From the NCBI GenBank assembly GCA_951406725.2, contig OX597816.1:87730001-87794000 (forward strand): DNA of 64,000 bases. The letters run 5' to 3'. The translations under genes and the position numbers were made by a program. The notes under the pieces are model-generated. The model did not search any database. It had not been told where the DNA came from and saw only the letters and a list, made by a program, of their open reading frames with translations. The stretch is from Octopus vulgaris (taxonomy: Eukaryota). Of this stretch, positions 12,499 to 24,790 are shown piece by piece; within the stretch, counting starts at the first letter, position 1, and every line of letters starts with the position of its first letter.

Positions 12499-13322
12499 GT
12501 GAGTGTTGTATATTATTTTCATTTGTTCATTTTGTTTTATTTCATTTTTATTTGAAAAGAGATGTCACAATATGTTAACATGGACATAAGGTGCTAATGA
12601 CAAGTTTATAATGAACCGAGACCCACAAGGAGATATTGTGACTAAAGGCCTCTCTAAGCAGACCCATGTCAGGGTGTTGTTGATGGAGAGGCATGAGGGA
12701 ACATTATAAATCAACAGCTAGGAGGAGTAAGGCGAGGAGATGTTGGATGTCTTCATATTAGAAACATCAGCTCCATCTCCACTACTACACTCCTGCTGCT
12801 TTGTGCTGTGGTGTTGACAGGAATGTTGCATCATCTAACATTGATTTTCTGAAGATTCACATAGAACTAATTTCTAAAGAGATAAAGGTGATTTAAGCTG
12901 TTCTGATAAAAGACCACATTTAATCACATTTGGCAGGGGAAAAATATTCTATAGTATATACACAGCTTTTTATAAATGCTGTTATAATGGACATCACATT
13001 CAGTAAATACCCCAGCACCAGCTTGAAAGAGAGAGTTAACTTTATTTTGTATCAAATAGGTATAACTTCAACCAGGCATCAAAGCTAAGTTGCTAACTGA
13101 CCTCACTAGAAACATTTCTCCCACACTACGTCTGTCATGGTACAGCTATACCATATATATTGATTTCTCTCGCCATATTCTTTGTTCATCATTCCAACAG
13201 TTCATCTCTTTTAATATTTTCATTTTCCTCTCCCACTTTCATACACCTTTGATTTTTTTGGTTTTCTTTTTGTTTTTCCTTTCTTGTTTTTTTCATTTCT
13301 GTCTTTGCTCCTTCTTTCACAG

Positions 13323-13470
13323 GAATAGTGCCCCTGCTTCGGCTGTCTGTGCATTTTCCATGAAGCAAGTCATCAAGACATTTAAGGGTCGTTTCAAGGG
13401 TCAGAAATCAGCAGGCCACAACTGGTTGCCAGTCAGCAAAGATGAGACTCCAAATCCTCACCCGGAAGCG
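13323..13470 (+). CDS. Sema1a: Semaphorin exon: ENSAPASAVCAFSMKQVIKTFKGRFKGQKSAGHNWLPVSKDETPNPHPEA (phase 2/0)
   Basis: tcacag acceptor, GCG|gtaaga donor, SAVCAF and NWLPV motifs. Confidence 0.95.
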
Positions 13471-13673
13471 GTAAGAAATGATTTATTATTCAATTTCATC
13501 AAAGATTAGACTCTGCGATGTTTCAATACTTTCTGGGATGTAGTGGGGGTCACTAAAACTGAATTCCATTCCAGTAGAAGGACCGACTTAATCAATATCC
13601 TTCCCAACAAAATTAGTGGAAGGTTGCCAATCCAAGAAATTGTTGTTGTTGTTGCTGCTGCTGCTCTTATGAA

Positions 13674-13895
13674 GGCAACAAACTGGCCGAATCATTATTG
13701 TACCAGACGAAATGCTTAGCAGCTTTTCTTCCAGGTCTTTACATTCTTAGTTCAAATTCCTCTGATGCTGACTTTGCTTTTCATCCTTTCAGAGTCAATG
13801 GAATAAGTACCAATTAAGCACTGGGAGTCGATGAAATTGACTATCCCCTTCTCCCTATAAAATTTCAGGCCTTGTGCCTGTAATAGTAAAGATTG
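13674..13895 (+). mobile_element. SINE family A (older copy); further copies at ~17240-17780, 27740-28190 (-), 43985-44160 and 53445-54540 (-)
   Basis: Shared core ttcaaattc...gactttgc.tttcatcctttc...aagtacca. Confidence 0.75.
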
Positions 13896-14068
13896 TTTTT
13901 ATCATTATTATTTGTTTTTCTTCTTCAGTTTTGCTTCCGTTTCTTTTTGAGCTAAGAAGCTCACTGTATACATTGATAGGTCTCTAAAATAAACACACCA
14001 GGGTGTTCATTGGGAAAATAAAATGAAGTTATGGGGGAAAAAAAGGAAATTATTATTATTATTATTAT

Positions 14069-14430
14069 AGGCACAGGAGTGGCTGTGTGGTAAGTAACCT
14101 GCTTACCAACCACATAGTTCTGGGTTCAGTCCCACTGCATGGCACCTTGGGTCAGGCCAGCCAAAGCCTTGTGAATGGATTTGGTAGACAGAAACTGAAA
14201 GAAACCCGTCACATATGTGTATATATATGTTAGTGTGTCTGTTTTTGTCCCCCTTAGATCGCCTGACAGCCGATGCTGGTGTGTTTAAGTCTCCATAACT
14301 TAGCGGTTCGGCAAAAGAGATCAATAGAATAAGTACTAGGCTTACAAAGAATAAGTCCTGGGGGTCGATTTGCTCAACTAAAGGCGTCGCTCCAGCATGC
14401 CCACAGTCAAATGACTGAAACAAGCAAAAG
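14069..14430 (+). mobile_element. tRNA-derived SINE family B (head ggagtggctgtgtggtaag); reverse copy at ~36015-36320
   Basis: A/B-box-like head, ccttgtgagtggatttggtagac core, internal (TA/TG)n, tail ...gactgaaacaag. Confidence 0.8.
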
Positions 14431-16030
14431 ATTTTATTATTATTATTATTATTATTATTATCACCACCATCATCATAGTGCTGATGGATTGGCTGCACTA
14501 TTAGAGTATTACACAAAATGCCATGTAATCCAGTTCTTTACATTGAGTTTATATCCCATCAAAATCAATTCACTCCCTCTCCCAAATTTCTGACTTTGTA
14601 CCTTTGCCAGAAATTATCATACTGGAATTAGGAGAACAGCTGATGAAATATTGTGTGGTATTTAATTCTATCCATTTACATTTCTACTTCAAATCCCATC
14701 CAGATCAACTTATCATTTCATCCTTTTGGAGTAACGTAACTAGTACCAGTCAAGATAACCATCATAATTCATTCCGTCATAATATCTGGTTATTTGCCTA
14801 GATTGAAATCATTATTACTATTGCTGGCCTTAAAATGCTTAGGGTTTTGTTTGGATCACACCTTTGGGTGGATAGAAACTGAGAAGTAATCAAGCAGAGA
14901 GACCAGTCTCATCCAGAAATGATCTGAAAGGACACTTTCTCTGAAAAGTCAATGAGGTGGTAGATATATATGCATTGCCTATATCATTTATTACTGCCTC
15001 ACCATTATACCTTGCTCCAGTTTCCTTTTTTTTTTTTTTTTCTTTTTGTGGAAAGAATACGTTCTACTGTTCAGATGGTTCCATAGCGCCCATTATACTC
15101 TCAGCGTGATTAGAATTAGGAAGGGCATCCAGCTGTAGAAAACCATGCCAAATCAGGCTGGAATCTCCTGCAGCCTTCCAGCATGCCAGCTCAGTTAAAC
15201 TGTCCAACCCATGCCAGTATTGACAACAGACGTTAAATGATGATGATCTCATACATAGAATGGTCAGTATGTTGTGAGTGATAGTGTGTTAACATTAGCA
15301 ACAATCTGCCTGGATTTCTCATTGGTGATCAGGTGCAGTCAATGTTTTTCAAGTATTTCTTCTCACAGCTTGTTTGTTTGTCTGAAACTGTAGTGCTAGT
15401 CAAGCAAAAAACCATCATCATCTTGATTGCCATTGTTGTTCTTGTTCTTGGTGCCGTTAAGGTAGGGGGTGGAATACTAAGTTAATACCACCCACTAATT
15501 ACCTGTTGTTTTTAGATCCAGAAGACCCATAATCAAAGGGATTCCAGCCATCAAGACATTTTGATTAAATCTTTTTGGCAGACATTTTGTCTAGAACTGC
15601 ATTATTCACCCACCCCCCACTATTTTAAGATGGTTGGTTGAGATATCAGATGGATTTGGTCCTTAATTCTAGCAACTCAAGCAATTGTATAGATTCTCCC
15701 TCGTTGGCCAAAAGTAGAAATTAGTTTAATCCTTCTCTGTACTGAGTTTTAATCCTACCACAGTGGAACTTGCCTTCAGTCATTAAATTTTATATGATTA
15801 ATATTCTGGGTTTGGTGAATGGAATCAACTATTGTCTTCCACTGATGGTTTTATGAATTTAATCAGACATCATTATATAATCATCACTGTTGTAGATTTT
15901 GTAACTCTTGTAATTGTTGTAGTTGTCGCCTGATTTCCAAACCAATCAAAATATTTAAATTTTCCCTAAAAATGAAATGAAATTTTTTTTTTTTTTTCTT
16001 ACATTCTATTTTTACTTTTTCTAATTTCAG

Positions 16031-16152
16031 TGCCAACAAAATTCAAAGCGAATTGATGATGAAACACTGAACTTCATCAAGTCTCATCCTCTAATGAATG
16101 ATGCTGTACCAAGTCTTGGAGATCAACCGATTTTGGTTTATACTGGCTTCAA
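16031..16152 (+). CDS. Sema1a: Semaphorin exon: CQQNSKRIDDETLNFIKSHPLMNDAVPSLGDQPILVYTGF (phase 0/2)
   Basis: tttcag acceptor, AA|gtaagt donor, LNFIK.HPLM..AVP motif; not in ORF track. Confidence 0.95.
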
Positions 16153-17984
16153 GTAAGTTTCCTTTTTCTTTTTTGTTTTTTTTTCCTAGTTGCTGATTTC
16201 ATTAATTTTTATTTATTGTTCATGGGTATGCAGATTGTCTTGTAAATTTAGCATCAAGCAACCAGTTATTATCATTATCATTACTGCGATTATTAGTACT
16301 ATTAATAAATAAATGACAGTAGCCATAGGAAATCAAATTAACTGAAAATGCAGTGCAGACATACACACTACTGATGAAGTCAATAGTTTGTAAGATGATA
16401 ATCTCATTAACAACCTCTCATATTAGGGATTTAGATATTTACATAAACAAGAAAGAAGTAAAAAAAAAAAAATCAGTAATAAACTTCCAATGAATTGTTC
16501 TGCTTAAGGCAATTAAATCATTTTTAAGAGGATGGCGTCCATTCCAATTAAGAATCTACCATAATCATCTTTGTCATCATCATCATCATCATAACATCCA
16601 CTTTTCCATGCTTGTATGGATCAGACTGAATTTGTTAAAGTAGATTTTTCTGCATCCAGATGCCCTTTCTGTACCAGCTCCAACCTTATATAATATTTTT
16701 CCTGTGGTCAGACATAGTTTCACTGAGAACGGGAAGTGAACTATGCTTATTTGCAACCATCATGTGTTTTCAAACATGCCCTCTCTCTATCGGAGAGGCA
16801 CAAGCACCTACACACACATATACACACACGGCAGTAACTTCCACCTACCAAATTCAATCACAAAGCTCCAGTCGGCCCTGGGCTATAGCAGAAGACACTT
16901 GCCCAAAGTGCCACACAGTGGGACTGAACCCAAAACCATGTAGCTAGGAAGCAAGCTCCCTAACCACACAGCCATGCCCACGCCTTTTAATAAATGTTCC
17001 TTGCTGCAAACAGTAATTTGATGATTTACAAATGGGTCCCTTGATTGGATTTGAACCAGAGGCCTATATTTCTTGAAGTCTCTTTTGATGTTGTATTATT
17101 TCTCTTAATAGAATCTGCATTCAGAGAGATATTGATGTTAGCAGTATACTTCAGCTGGTGCATCCACATTTGTATCTCATGGGTTGAGGGTGGGGACATT
17201 TGGGCTTTACTGTATTATGTCAGTCCATTGCATAGAGGTACAGGTTAGCAGTCAAATACATCAACCCCACAACTTGACTGCTGCTTTATTTTCTCAACCT
17301 TGGGTGGCTTGAAGGTAAAGTCAGCTTTGATAGAATTTGAACTCAGAGCGTATAAAACTTTTACTAAATATCCTAAGATATTTTATCTAAAGTGCTGTCT
17401 CCAATAGTCTGAACTCTTCCAACCAATAAAATCAAATCCTTATTATTAAAAGGCATCAACTTGGGAGAGTTTTTCATTGGTCAGAGAAAATGTTTAGTGT
17501 CATTTCTTCCAACTCATTACATTGCAAGTTCAAATCTCATCAGGGCTCAATTTTGCCTTTCATCCTGTTGGGATTGATTAATTAAAATATCAGTCAAACA
17601 CTGAGATTGATGTAACCAGCTTACTCCTGCCTTCAGAATTGCTGGCCTTATGCCAAAACTAGAAAGAATTACTATTATTATTATTATTAGCTCTTTATGT
17701 TTTGAGCTCAAATCCTACCAAGGTCAGCTTTGCATTTCATCCTTGTGAGGTTCATAAAGAAGAGTACCAATCAAGTACTTGCTAGCCTTCTTTTTATGTA
17801 CTTCTCCAACCATGCCGTTATTATTTTCAAGATTTGAGAGGACATTTGCTGCTATTTCTAGCAAGTTAAGGCATCATCATATAGAAGATCAATTGCATGT
17901 TTGTGTTGCAAACTATGGTTTACAGACATCTTTTTTCCATGTTAGAGTCTTATACTTAATGTCTTTTTATTTTTATTTTTACAG

Positions 17985-18067
17985 TTACAGATTCACTAGA
18001 GTTGCCGTACATCCACAGTACCAAGCAGTGGATGGTCGAAAATATGATATTCTCTTCATTGGTACAA
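17985..18067 (+). CDS. Sema1a: Semaphorin exon: (N)YRFTRVAVHPQYQAVDGRKYDILFIGT (phase 2/1)
   Basis: ttacag acceptor, A|gtaagt donor, YRFT..AV and YD.LFIGT motifs. Confidence 0.95.
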
Positions 18068-18810
18068 GTAAGTACCTCACTGTTGGCATCATTGTGTAAT
18101 CATCTTTGTTACTGTACTCAGCTCATTCATCATTATTATCTCCTTGATATTTTGCCCTTACTGTGACTTATCAATACCATGCACTCAGATCATCTTGAAC
18201 TGAAGCAAGTCACTGTTCTGGGACTTTATGTAAATAGAGTGAAGTCTGTTTGCTGATATGCTCTGGCATAGCACATGTGAAAGAAATTAATATATATCAT
18301 AATTAAATTATATATTGTGTGTAATAATTAAATTATATATAATTATTCAATTACATATTATGTACTCTGGTATATTTTTGCATGATTCATATGATCCATA
18401 GAAAAATTATCTTGCATGAAACTAGTCCAAAAGCCTGAGGACTGTTGCTCAAACCCCATCATTTTAATTTTCTTCATTTCACAATATTTTTCCTCTTTCT
18501 GTTTTCTTTTTTCCTTCTTTCTTCATTTTCATTTTTTCCCCCTTTTTTTGTTTTGTTTCTCTCTTTCTCCTCATTTAATAAAGATATTTGTAATGTTTCT
18601 AAAATGTGTTTTGAACTATTATTCTTCTCATGTGTGAGCATGCATCATGTACTTGAAGAAAATAAGTTAGTAGTGCACAAACACAAAGCATATTTAAGCT
18701 TTTTTTTTTCAAATTTATACTTTAATTTATCATGTGTTTGTTTTATTTTCCTACTATTCTCTTTATCTCCCTCTCCTTTCACACATCATCTCCTTGTCTG
18801 TCCCTTTCAG

Positions 18811-19021
18811 ATGATGGTCATGTTTTGAAAGTGGTGAACATTGACCAAGGGAAAAAAGTCCGAAGCATTGTCATCGAAGAAATAAAGGTTTTCCACCATG
18901 GAGCCAAAGTGGAAGGTTTAGAAGTGTATCATAATTTTGGAATGGAGAAACTTGTTATCGTATCAAGTGACGATATTGTATCAATACCTTTACATCGGTG
19001 CCATGAGAAGAAATCTTGCAA
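18811..19021 (+). CDS. Sema1a: Semaphorin exon: end of Sema domain/start of PSI, NDGHVLKVV...IPLHRCHEKKSC (phase 1/2)
   Basis: tttcag acceptor, AA|gtgagt donor, G.VLK, IEEI.V and PLHRC motifs. Confidence 0.95.
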
Positions 19022-19065
19022 GTGAGTAGTAGTCACTTTTTTTTCCTTGTTGCAAATATAATTAA

Positions 19066-19449
19066 CTAGCAGTATAGCTCAGCTTGTTTTCTTTTTGACT
19101 CTTTAGAACTGGAATTTTTGAAAGTAAAAATTTTGCATTATGTAGCTTGTTATTCTCTTTAAGTGAACATTTTTCTGGTTGAAATACACCGAAGAATGGC
19201 AACACAGCAGTCAAAAAATCATAAAAAATAGGGATTTTCATAGAAAAAGAGCACCTTTGATGTAAATAACTTTTGGTGTTAACATGGTCTGATTTGAATT
19301 TTTTCTTCTACGGAAGGATGAGCAAGCCTTCTTCTATCATACTCTCAATTTTGGTCAACTTGCGCTGCAGTGTCTCGGAGGAGATAGTGTTAGTTGAAGG
19401 CTACCAAACCTGCCATACACAGACAACTTCAGCTTTATATATGTATAGA
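19066..19449 (-). mobile_element. Non-autonomous Helitron-like element
   Basis: Minus strand reads A|TCTATACATATATAAAGCTGAAGTTGTCTGTG...GCTATACTGCTAG|T: 5'-TC and CTAG-3' termini in an AT target without TSD; subterminal hairpin appears eroded. Confidence 0.6.
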
Positions 19450-19499
19450 TATTCTTTAAGCCAAATTGCTGGTCTTGTGCCTATGTTGGAAACTACAAC

Positions 19500-20040
19500 A
19501 TAGGTTTGTATCAAACAGCTACTATCTTCTGTAGGATAAATTCAAATGTCTCTGGAGTGTATAGTGAAGACTGATAGATCTTTCTCTGTTTATTGGCTGT
19601 GGCAGAAGAGGCCATATGGTGGATGTGTCTGAAAGGTCTGGAGACGAGCACTTTCTTCTCTGGCCAAGCTCTCATCAATTTCTTCAGATATCATTTGAAG
19701 AGGAAGGTGAGAGTTGAGAGGGTAGTGATGCCTTCTAGTGTTTTTACCGAAAGGTGGATGGGAATGGCAAGACTGGTGAGGCTGAACAGGCTTACTCTGT
19801 TTCTTTCTTCCTACTTAATAAAACATATTCAAACTGGAAAATAGCATTGCTCATGCTCTGGAGACGGTAGAGTAACCCAAGAATTTTAATGTGGGGGTTT
19901 TTCTTGAATTACCCTAAGTGGACTGCCCCATTATTGGGGGTGCTATTTATTTACTTATCTAAGTTCAATTTTTGTTTTATCATTGTCGTGTCTTCTTTTG
20001 ATTGATGTAAACCCCACCTTAGTGACCAGTAAAAGAAAAT
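19500..20040 (+). mobile_element. Tx1/L1-clade LINE 3' fragment (ORF2 C-terminus + 3' UTR)
   Basis: ORF 19593-19844 AVAEEAIWW..LKG...F.....L..FF.YHLKRK.RVER......F.ERW resembles the Tx1 ORF2 C-terminal pattern (recognition by eye). Confidence 0.45.
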
Positions 20041-20051
20041 ATTATTATCAA

Positions 20052-20880
20052 GGCAGCAACCTAGCAAGACCATTTGCACATCAGGCAAAATGCTTAATGG
20101 CGTTTCATCTGTCTTTACATTCTGAGTTCAAATTCTGCTGAGATCATCGTTACCTTTCATTCTTTCGAGGTTAATAAAATAAGTACCAGCTAAGTACAGG
20201 GGTCAATGTAATTGACGAAAGCACTTTCCTGAAATTTCAGGCCTTGTGCTCAAAGTCGAAAGGACTGTTATTTATCATCATCATCATTATTATTATTATT
20301 TGAGGTGAGGTGGCAAGCTGGCAGAATGCTTAACGGCATTTCGTCCGTCTTGATATTCTCAGTTCAGATTCTGCCGAGGTTGGCTTTGCCTTTCATCCTT
20401 TCAGTGTTGTTATAAAAGAGGTACCAGCTGTGCACTGGAGTCGATGTAATTGACTAACCTCCTTCCTTTGAAATCCTTATTATTATTACCATCTAAGGCA
20501 GCGAGCTGGCAGAATCATTAGCACGCCGAGGGAAACACTTAACAGCATTTCGTCTGCCGTTATGTTCTGAGTTCAAATTCCGTCGAGGTCAACCACGCCT
20601 TTCATCCTTTTGGGGGTCGATTAAATAAGTACCAGTTACGCACTGGGGTCGATATAATCGACTTAATCTGTTTGGCTGTCCTCTCTGTGTTTAGCCCCTT
20701 GTGGGTAGTAAAGAAATAGGTATTTCACCCGTTGCTATGTTCTAAGTTCAAATTCTGCTGAGATCGACTTTGCCTTTCATCCTTTTGGGGGTCGATTAAA
20801 TAAGTACCAGTTACACACTGGGGTCGATGTAATTGACTTTAACCCCTTCCCCAAGCTGCCCCTGTTGCAAAAATTTGAAA
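20052..20880 (+). mobile_element. Head-to-tail cluster of family A SINEs (3 heads, 4 bodies)
   Basis: Repeated gagttcaaattc...gcctttcatcctt...aagtaccag core separated by (TTA/TCA)n. Confidence 0.85.
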
Positions 20881-21516
20881 TCATCATCACCACCATCATG
20901 TATGTCTATACAGAAGCCGACCTAGTAAGTGGGTGATGTTAACCTACTCAACCTACTATCTTTATCTATTGACTATTGGGTTCATCTATTGTCTTTCTCT
21001 GCCTCATTATCATTATTGCGATTTCTTTTCTCTTTTCCCTTTTTCTTTTACTCACCTCATCTGTTGCTTCATTTTCTCTCATTTATTCATGCATTATTTG
21101 ACATACTTCTTACACTTTTTGCCTTCATTTGCAATATTTTTCATTCCTTTGTATTTTCTTTCTTTCTCTCCTTCTCCCTTCGTTATTTTTTTTCTCTCTT
21201 TCTCCTAACATTCATTTGTTCATACATTTTTTTTTCCTTATTACTAGTTTTCCCATTCTTTCTTCCTCCTCCTCCTCCAACTGTACTTGTGTTCAAAACC
21301 TCATTTTCCTCTTTCATCCTGTGACCAACATCCAATTAATGATGATACATGTGATGCTTCCAATATGCCAGTCTATGCATGATGTGTGTATATATGTGTA
21401 TAGATGTGTATGAATATGCGTGTGTGTGTAAATGAATGTTATGTTGTATTACTGTTTCTGTGTTTTCGTCTTCATTACTTTCATGATATGTATATATGCA
21501 TATTATCATTATACAG

Positions 21517-21591
21517 GGAATGTGTGGCCCTACAAGATCCATATTGCTCCTGGCTAGATGGCAAGTGTTCAGCTTTTACAAGTCAAGGAGA
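21517..21591 (+). CDS. Sema1a: Semaphorin PSI-domain exon: KECVALQDPYCSWLDGKCSAFTSQG (phase 2/2)
   Basis: atacag acceptor, GA|gtaagt donor, C.ALQDPYC.W PSI motif. Confidence 0.95.
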
Positions 21592-21857
21592 GTAAGTCAT
21601 TTAAAATTATCTCTTTTTGTTTCTTTTCTTTTCTTTATAGCCAACTTCTTCTAGTTTATATGCTCTGTTCAGTTATTTCCATTGATATAGACATGCAGAT
21701 CAATCGATAGATAAATAAATACTCTAACACACATACATTCACATACGATGAACACAATAGAATGGTGAATAGATATGAATCTAGATTGACAGATAGGGGA
21801 CCATATATATATAGTCAATACATGGTGAAAGCTTATAAGCTTACTATTATATTTACG

Positions 21858-22280
21858 ATATATGCATACATGTATGTGTGTGTGTGTATATATATATATA
21901 TATTCATGCATGTATACATATATATATATACACACATGCATGTTTACATATTGTGTATATGTATACACAATATGTGTGCATATATATGTGTTTGTGTATA
22001 TGTATATATATATATATGTATGTATGTATATATATATATATATATGTATGTGTGCGTGTGTGTATATGTATGTGTGCGTGTGTGTATATGTATGTGTGCG
22101 TGTGTGTATATGTATGTGTGTGTGTGTGTATATGTATATATATGTGTGTATATATATATGTAAGTATATATATATGTATATGTGCACACATACATGTATA
22201 TACACATAAATGTGTGTGTGCATATATATATATAAATATATACATGTACATGTAAATAAATATATATATATATATATATA
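21858..22280. repeat. Compound (TA)/(TG) microsatellite with short higher-order repeat tatatgtatgtgtgcgtgtgtg
   Basis: Direct inspection. Confidence 0.95.
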
Positions 22281-23147
22281 ACTGGAAGATGTTGATGTAC
22301 TATTTTACCTCTCTGACATTCTCACTGCTTGCAGTCATTCTGTCAACAAATAGATGAATAGAGGCACTTAGTTGGTGGTTTATGGAAGAATAAGACTGTG
22401 TTGAATTGCCAATTTTTCATTGGTCTGCTTACATTGGCAGCGTAGGACTTGTGGACTATTGATGGGTTAGAATAGGGGTATTTATGTAGAAATAATCTGT
22501 CTACCTGCCAACAGTCATTGCAGTGCTATGCAGAGAAAATTACTGCTGTGTGATGTTTAAACGGGTGTCTTTAGCTAATGTTCTGTGCAGGTTATGATAG
22601 AAATATTAACTTGGTTAATATTTTAGATTTCTTGTTTAACATTTTTGAAAGAATGAATTAAAATGTTGACATTTTGCTGTCAAGCATGGGTAGCATCTCT
22701 TAGAGCCATTAGAGATATAGAATTGCATGTTTGACAATGCTACAGCTTATCTAGATGTTGGTGGTGTTGTCACTATCCTTCAAACTCTGCTCATATTGGG
22801 AAGAAAGTCTGGTATTATCTCTGGGTTCTAAACTAGTTAGAGTGCTGTATCTATCTCCTTGTAAACATACTTTTTGAGTGGCCAGTGCATTTCCCCTCAG
22901 TACCATCCAGTTGTTATCTTTGTTCTGTATATGATCGCCTTTGAGAGCCATTTCGTGTTATATGGTCAGAACATGGTATTTTTGAAATAGTATTTTAGTG
23001 GTTGTGGTGTGTTTTGTTTGTATGATTTGAATTATGGTTGGATACTTGAGAAGTGATACTGAAATGACCATAGCTAACTTTAATGTTCTTATCAAAGAAC
23101 TTATGATGAGTTAAAAGGAAAACGAAGAACATGTTTGTGTGTGTGTT

Positions 23148-23473
23148 AAACAAGAAATCTCTCGTGGAAGCGTCATCCAACCAAAATGCAAATATATGGG
23201 AAACTACCACCTGTGTCATCTATTGTGAAAGGTAGGAGAGTCCAGTTTGCTGGACATTGTTGTAGAGCTGAAAACGAGGCAATTTCTACTCTTCTCCTCT
23301 GGAAGCCATCTACTTGCGATGCCAGAGGGCGCACACTCTCCTACCTTGATGTAATCTCCAGGGATACAGGCATCCAGCAACAGGACCTCCGTAATGCTAT
23401 GATGGACCGTGAAGTCTGGCGTAGCATGGTAAATTCCATTGTCTCGACCACGGTCGAACAATGATGATGATGA
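23148..23473 (+). mobile_element. 5'-truncated RTE-clade LINE 3' end with (TGA)n tail
   Basis: Open frame SWKRHPT..QIYG.LP......RR.QFAGHC.R......LLLW.P....GR...Y...I.RD.......M.DR..WR, typical of the RTE ORF2 C-terminus; possible TSD tgtgtgtt 23140-47/23474-81. Confidence 0.8.
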
Positions 23474-23664
23474 TGTGTGTTTTTGTGTGCGTGTGTGCAT
23501 ATGTGTGTTCAGTACATTTGAACTATCTGCATTTGTGTATGTGTGTAAAGTACATCTAAAATATCTAAATATTGTTTTTTGTTTTCCACACACTTCCATT
23601 TTCTTTGTCTCTTTGGCTCATTTTTAATTTATTTAATCCTTCACTTGTTTTTTTTTACCTCCAG

Positions 23665-23729
23665 AATTTCTCAAATTCAGGACATCCGTTATGGCTTCCA
23701 TGCACGATGTGAAGAAGAAGAAATAAATG
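23665..23729 (+). CDS. Sema1a: Semaphorin exon ending PSI: EISQIQDIRYGFHARCEEEEIN (phase 2/1)
   Basis: ctccag acceptor, G|gtgaga donor, Q.I..G.H..C motif closing the PSI domain. Confidence 0.9.
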
Positions 23730-24304
23730 GTGAGAGATTAATCGAAATGGCATTGGTATTTACCTGAGAAAAGAGAAAAAATATCAAATATATTTCTTTC
23801 TCTTTTTCTCTTTCCCTTCCCCTGTCCCTCTCAACATTTCATTTAATTTCCTGCTGCTACATCCAAAAATTTTTTTTTATATTCCTTCAAGAATGCATAA
23901 ATCTATTCACACATACACACACATACACACACACATAACTGTAACACAAAGTTTTTGAAACCCAGTTTTGACTCTTTTTCTTACTTCTCTATAAATGCTT
24001 TTTGTAAAAAGCATCAATATCACGTAATCTGAAAGCATCTTTTTCCCATGTACACTCCATTGTCTTTGCGCCACTGAAAATATACATATAAGCATGAGCG
24101 GAGTTGTGTGACTTCTGAACATTTTCTCACATCATGTGGTTTCTTGTTCAATCCTCCAATGAAGCACATTGGGCGTATATCTTTTTGCACAGCCTCATGT
24201 CAACCCAAACCTTGTGAGTGAAATTTGGTAGCCAGAAACTGTACAGAAGCCTGTCTAAATGAAAGACTATACATATTCTTGGATGGTACATGTAATCTAC
24301 TTCC

Positions 24305-24790
24305 CATCATCATCGTCATCATTTAACATCCGCTTTCCATGCTAGCATGGGTTAGATGGTTTGACTGGAACTGGTAAGCTGGAGAGCTGCACCAAGTTCC
24401 AGTCTGATTTGGCATGGTTTCTACAGCTGGATGTTCAAGGACTCTAATGGAGTCCACTCTATTACAAGCATTTGGGATGGAGCTCCTTTATCTCTCGGTT
24501 AGATGTACACTCACATACCCAGGTATACTGGCTAAATCTGCTAGCATGGGTTGGACGATTTGACTGAGGACTAGCGAACCAGATGGCTGCACCAGGCTCC
24601 AATCTTGATCTGGCAGAGTTTCTACAGCTGGATGCCCTTCCTAATGCCAACCACTCCGAGAGTGTAGTGGGTGCTTTTACATGCCACCAGCACGAGGGCC
24701 AGTCAGGCGGCACTGGCAATGCTCAAATGGTGTTTTTTACGTGCCACCTGCACAGGAGCCAGTCCAGCAGTACTGGCAACGACTTCATCC
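24305..24790 (-). mobile_element. SINE/LINE-tail family D (two partial copies); others at ~2130-2410, 7490-7782, 11815-12020, 15080-15247, 41820-41990 (-) and 53250-53410 (-)
   Basis: Recurrent ttaggaagggcatccagctgtagaaac...catgccagcatggaaa..gacgttaaa(tga)n. Confidence 0.75.

Noticed and set aside
22300-22990. Non-repetitive, coding-like stretch on the - strand (ORF 22751-22951); similar stretches at 11530-11800 and 47280-47460
   Set aside because: Probably decayed retroelement fragments, but no motif recognisable with enough confidence to assign.
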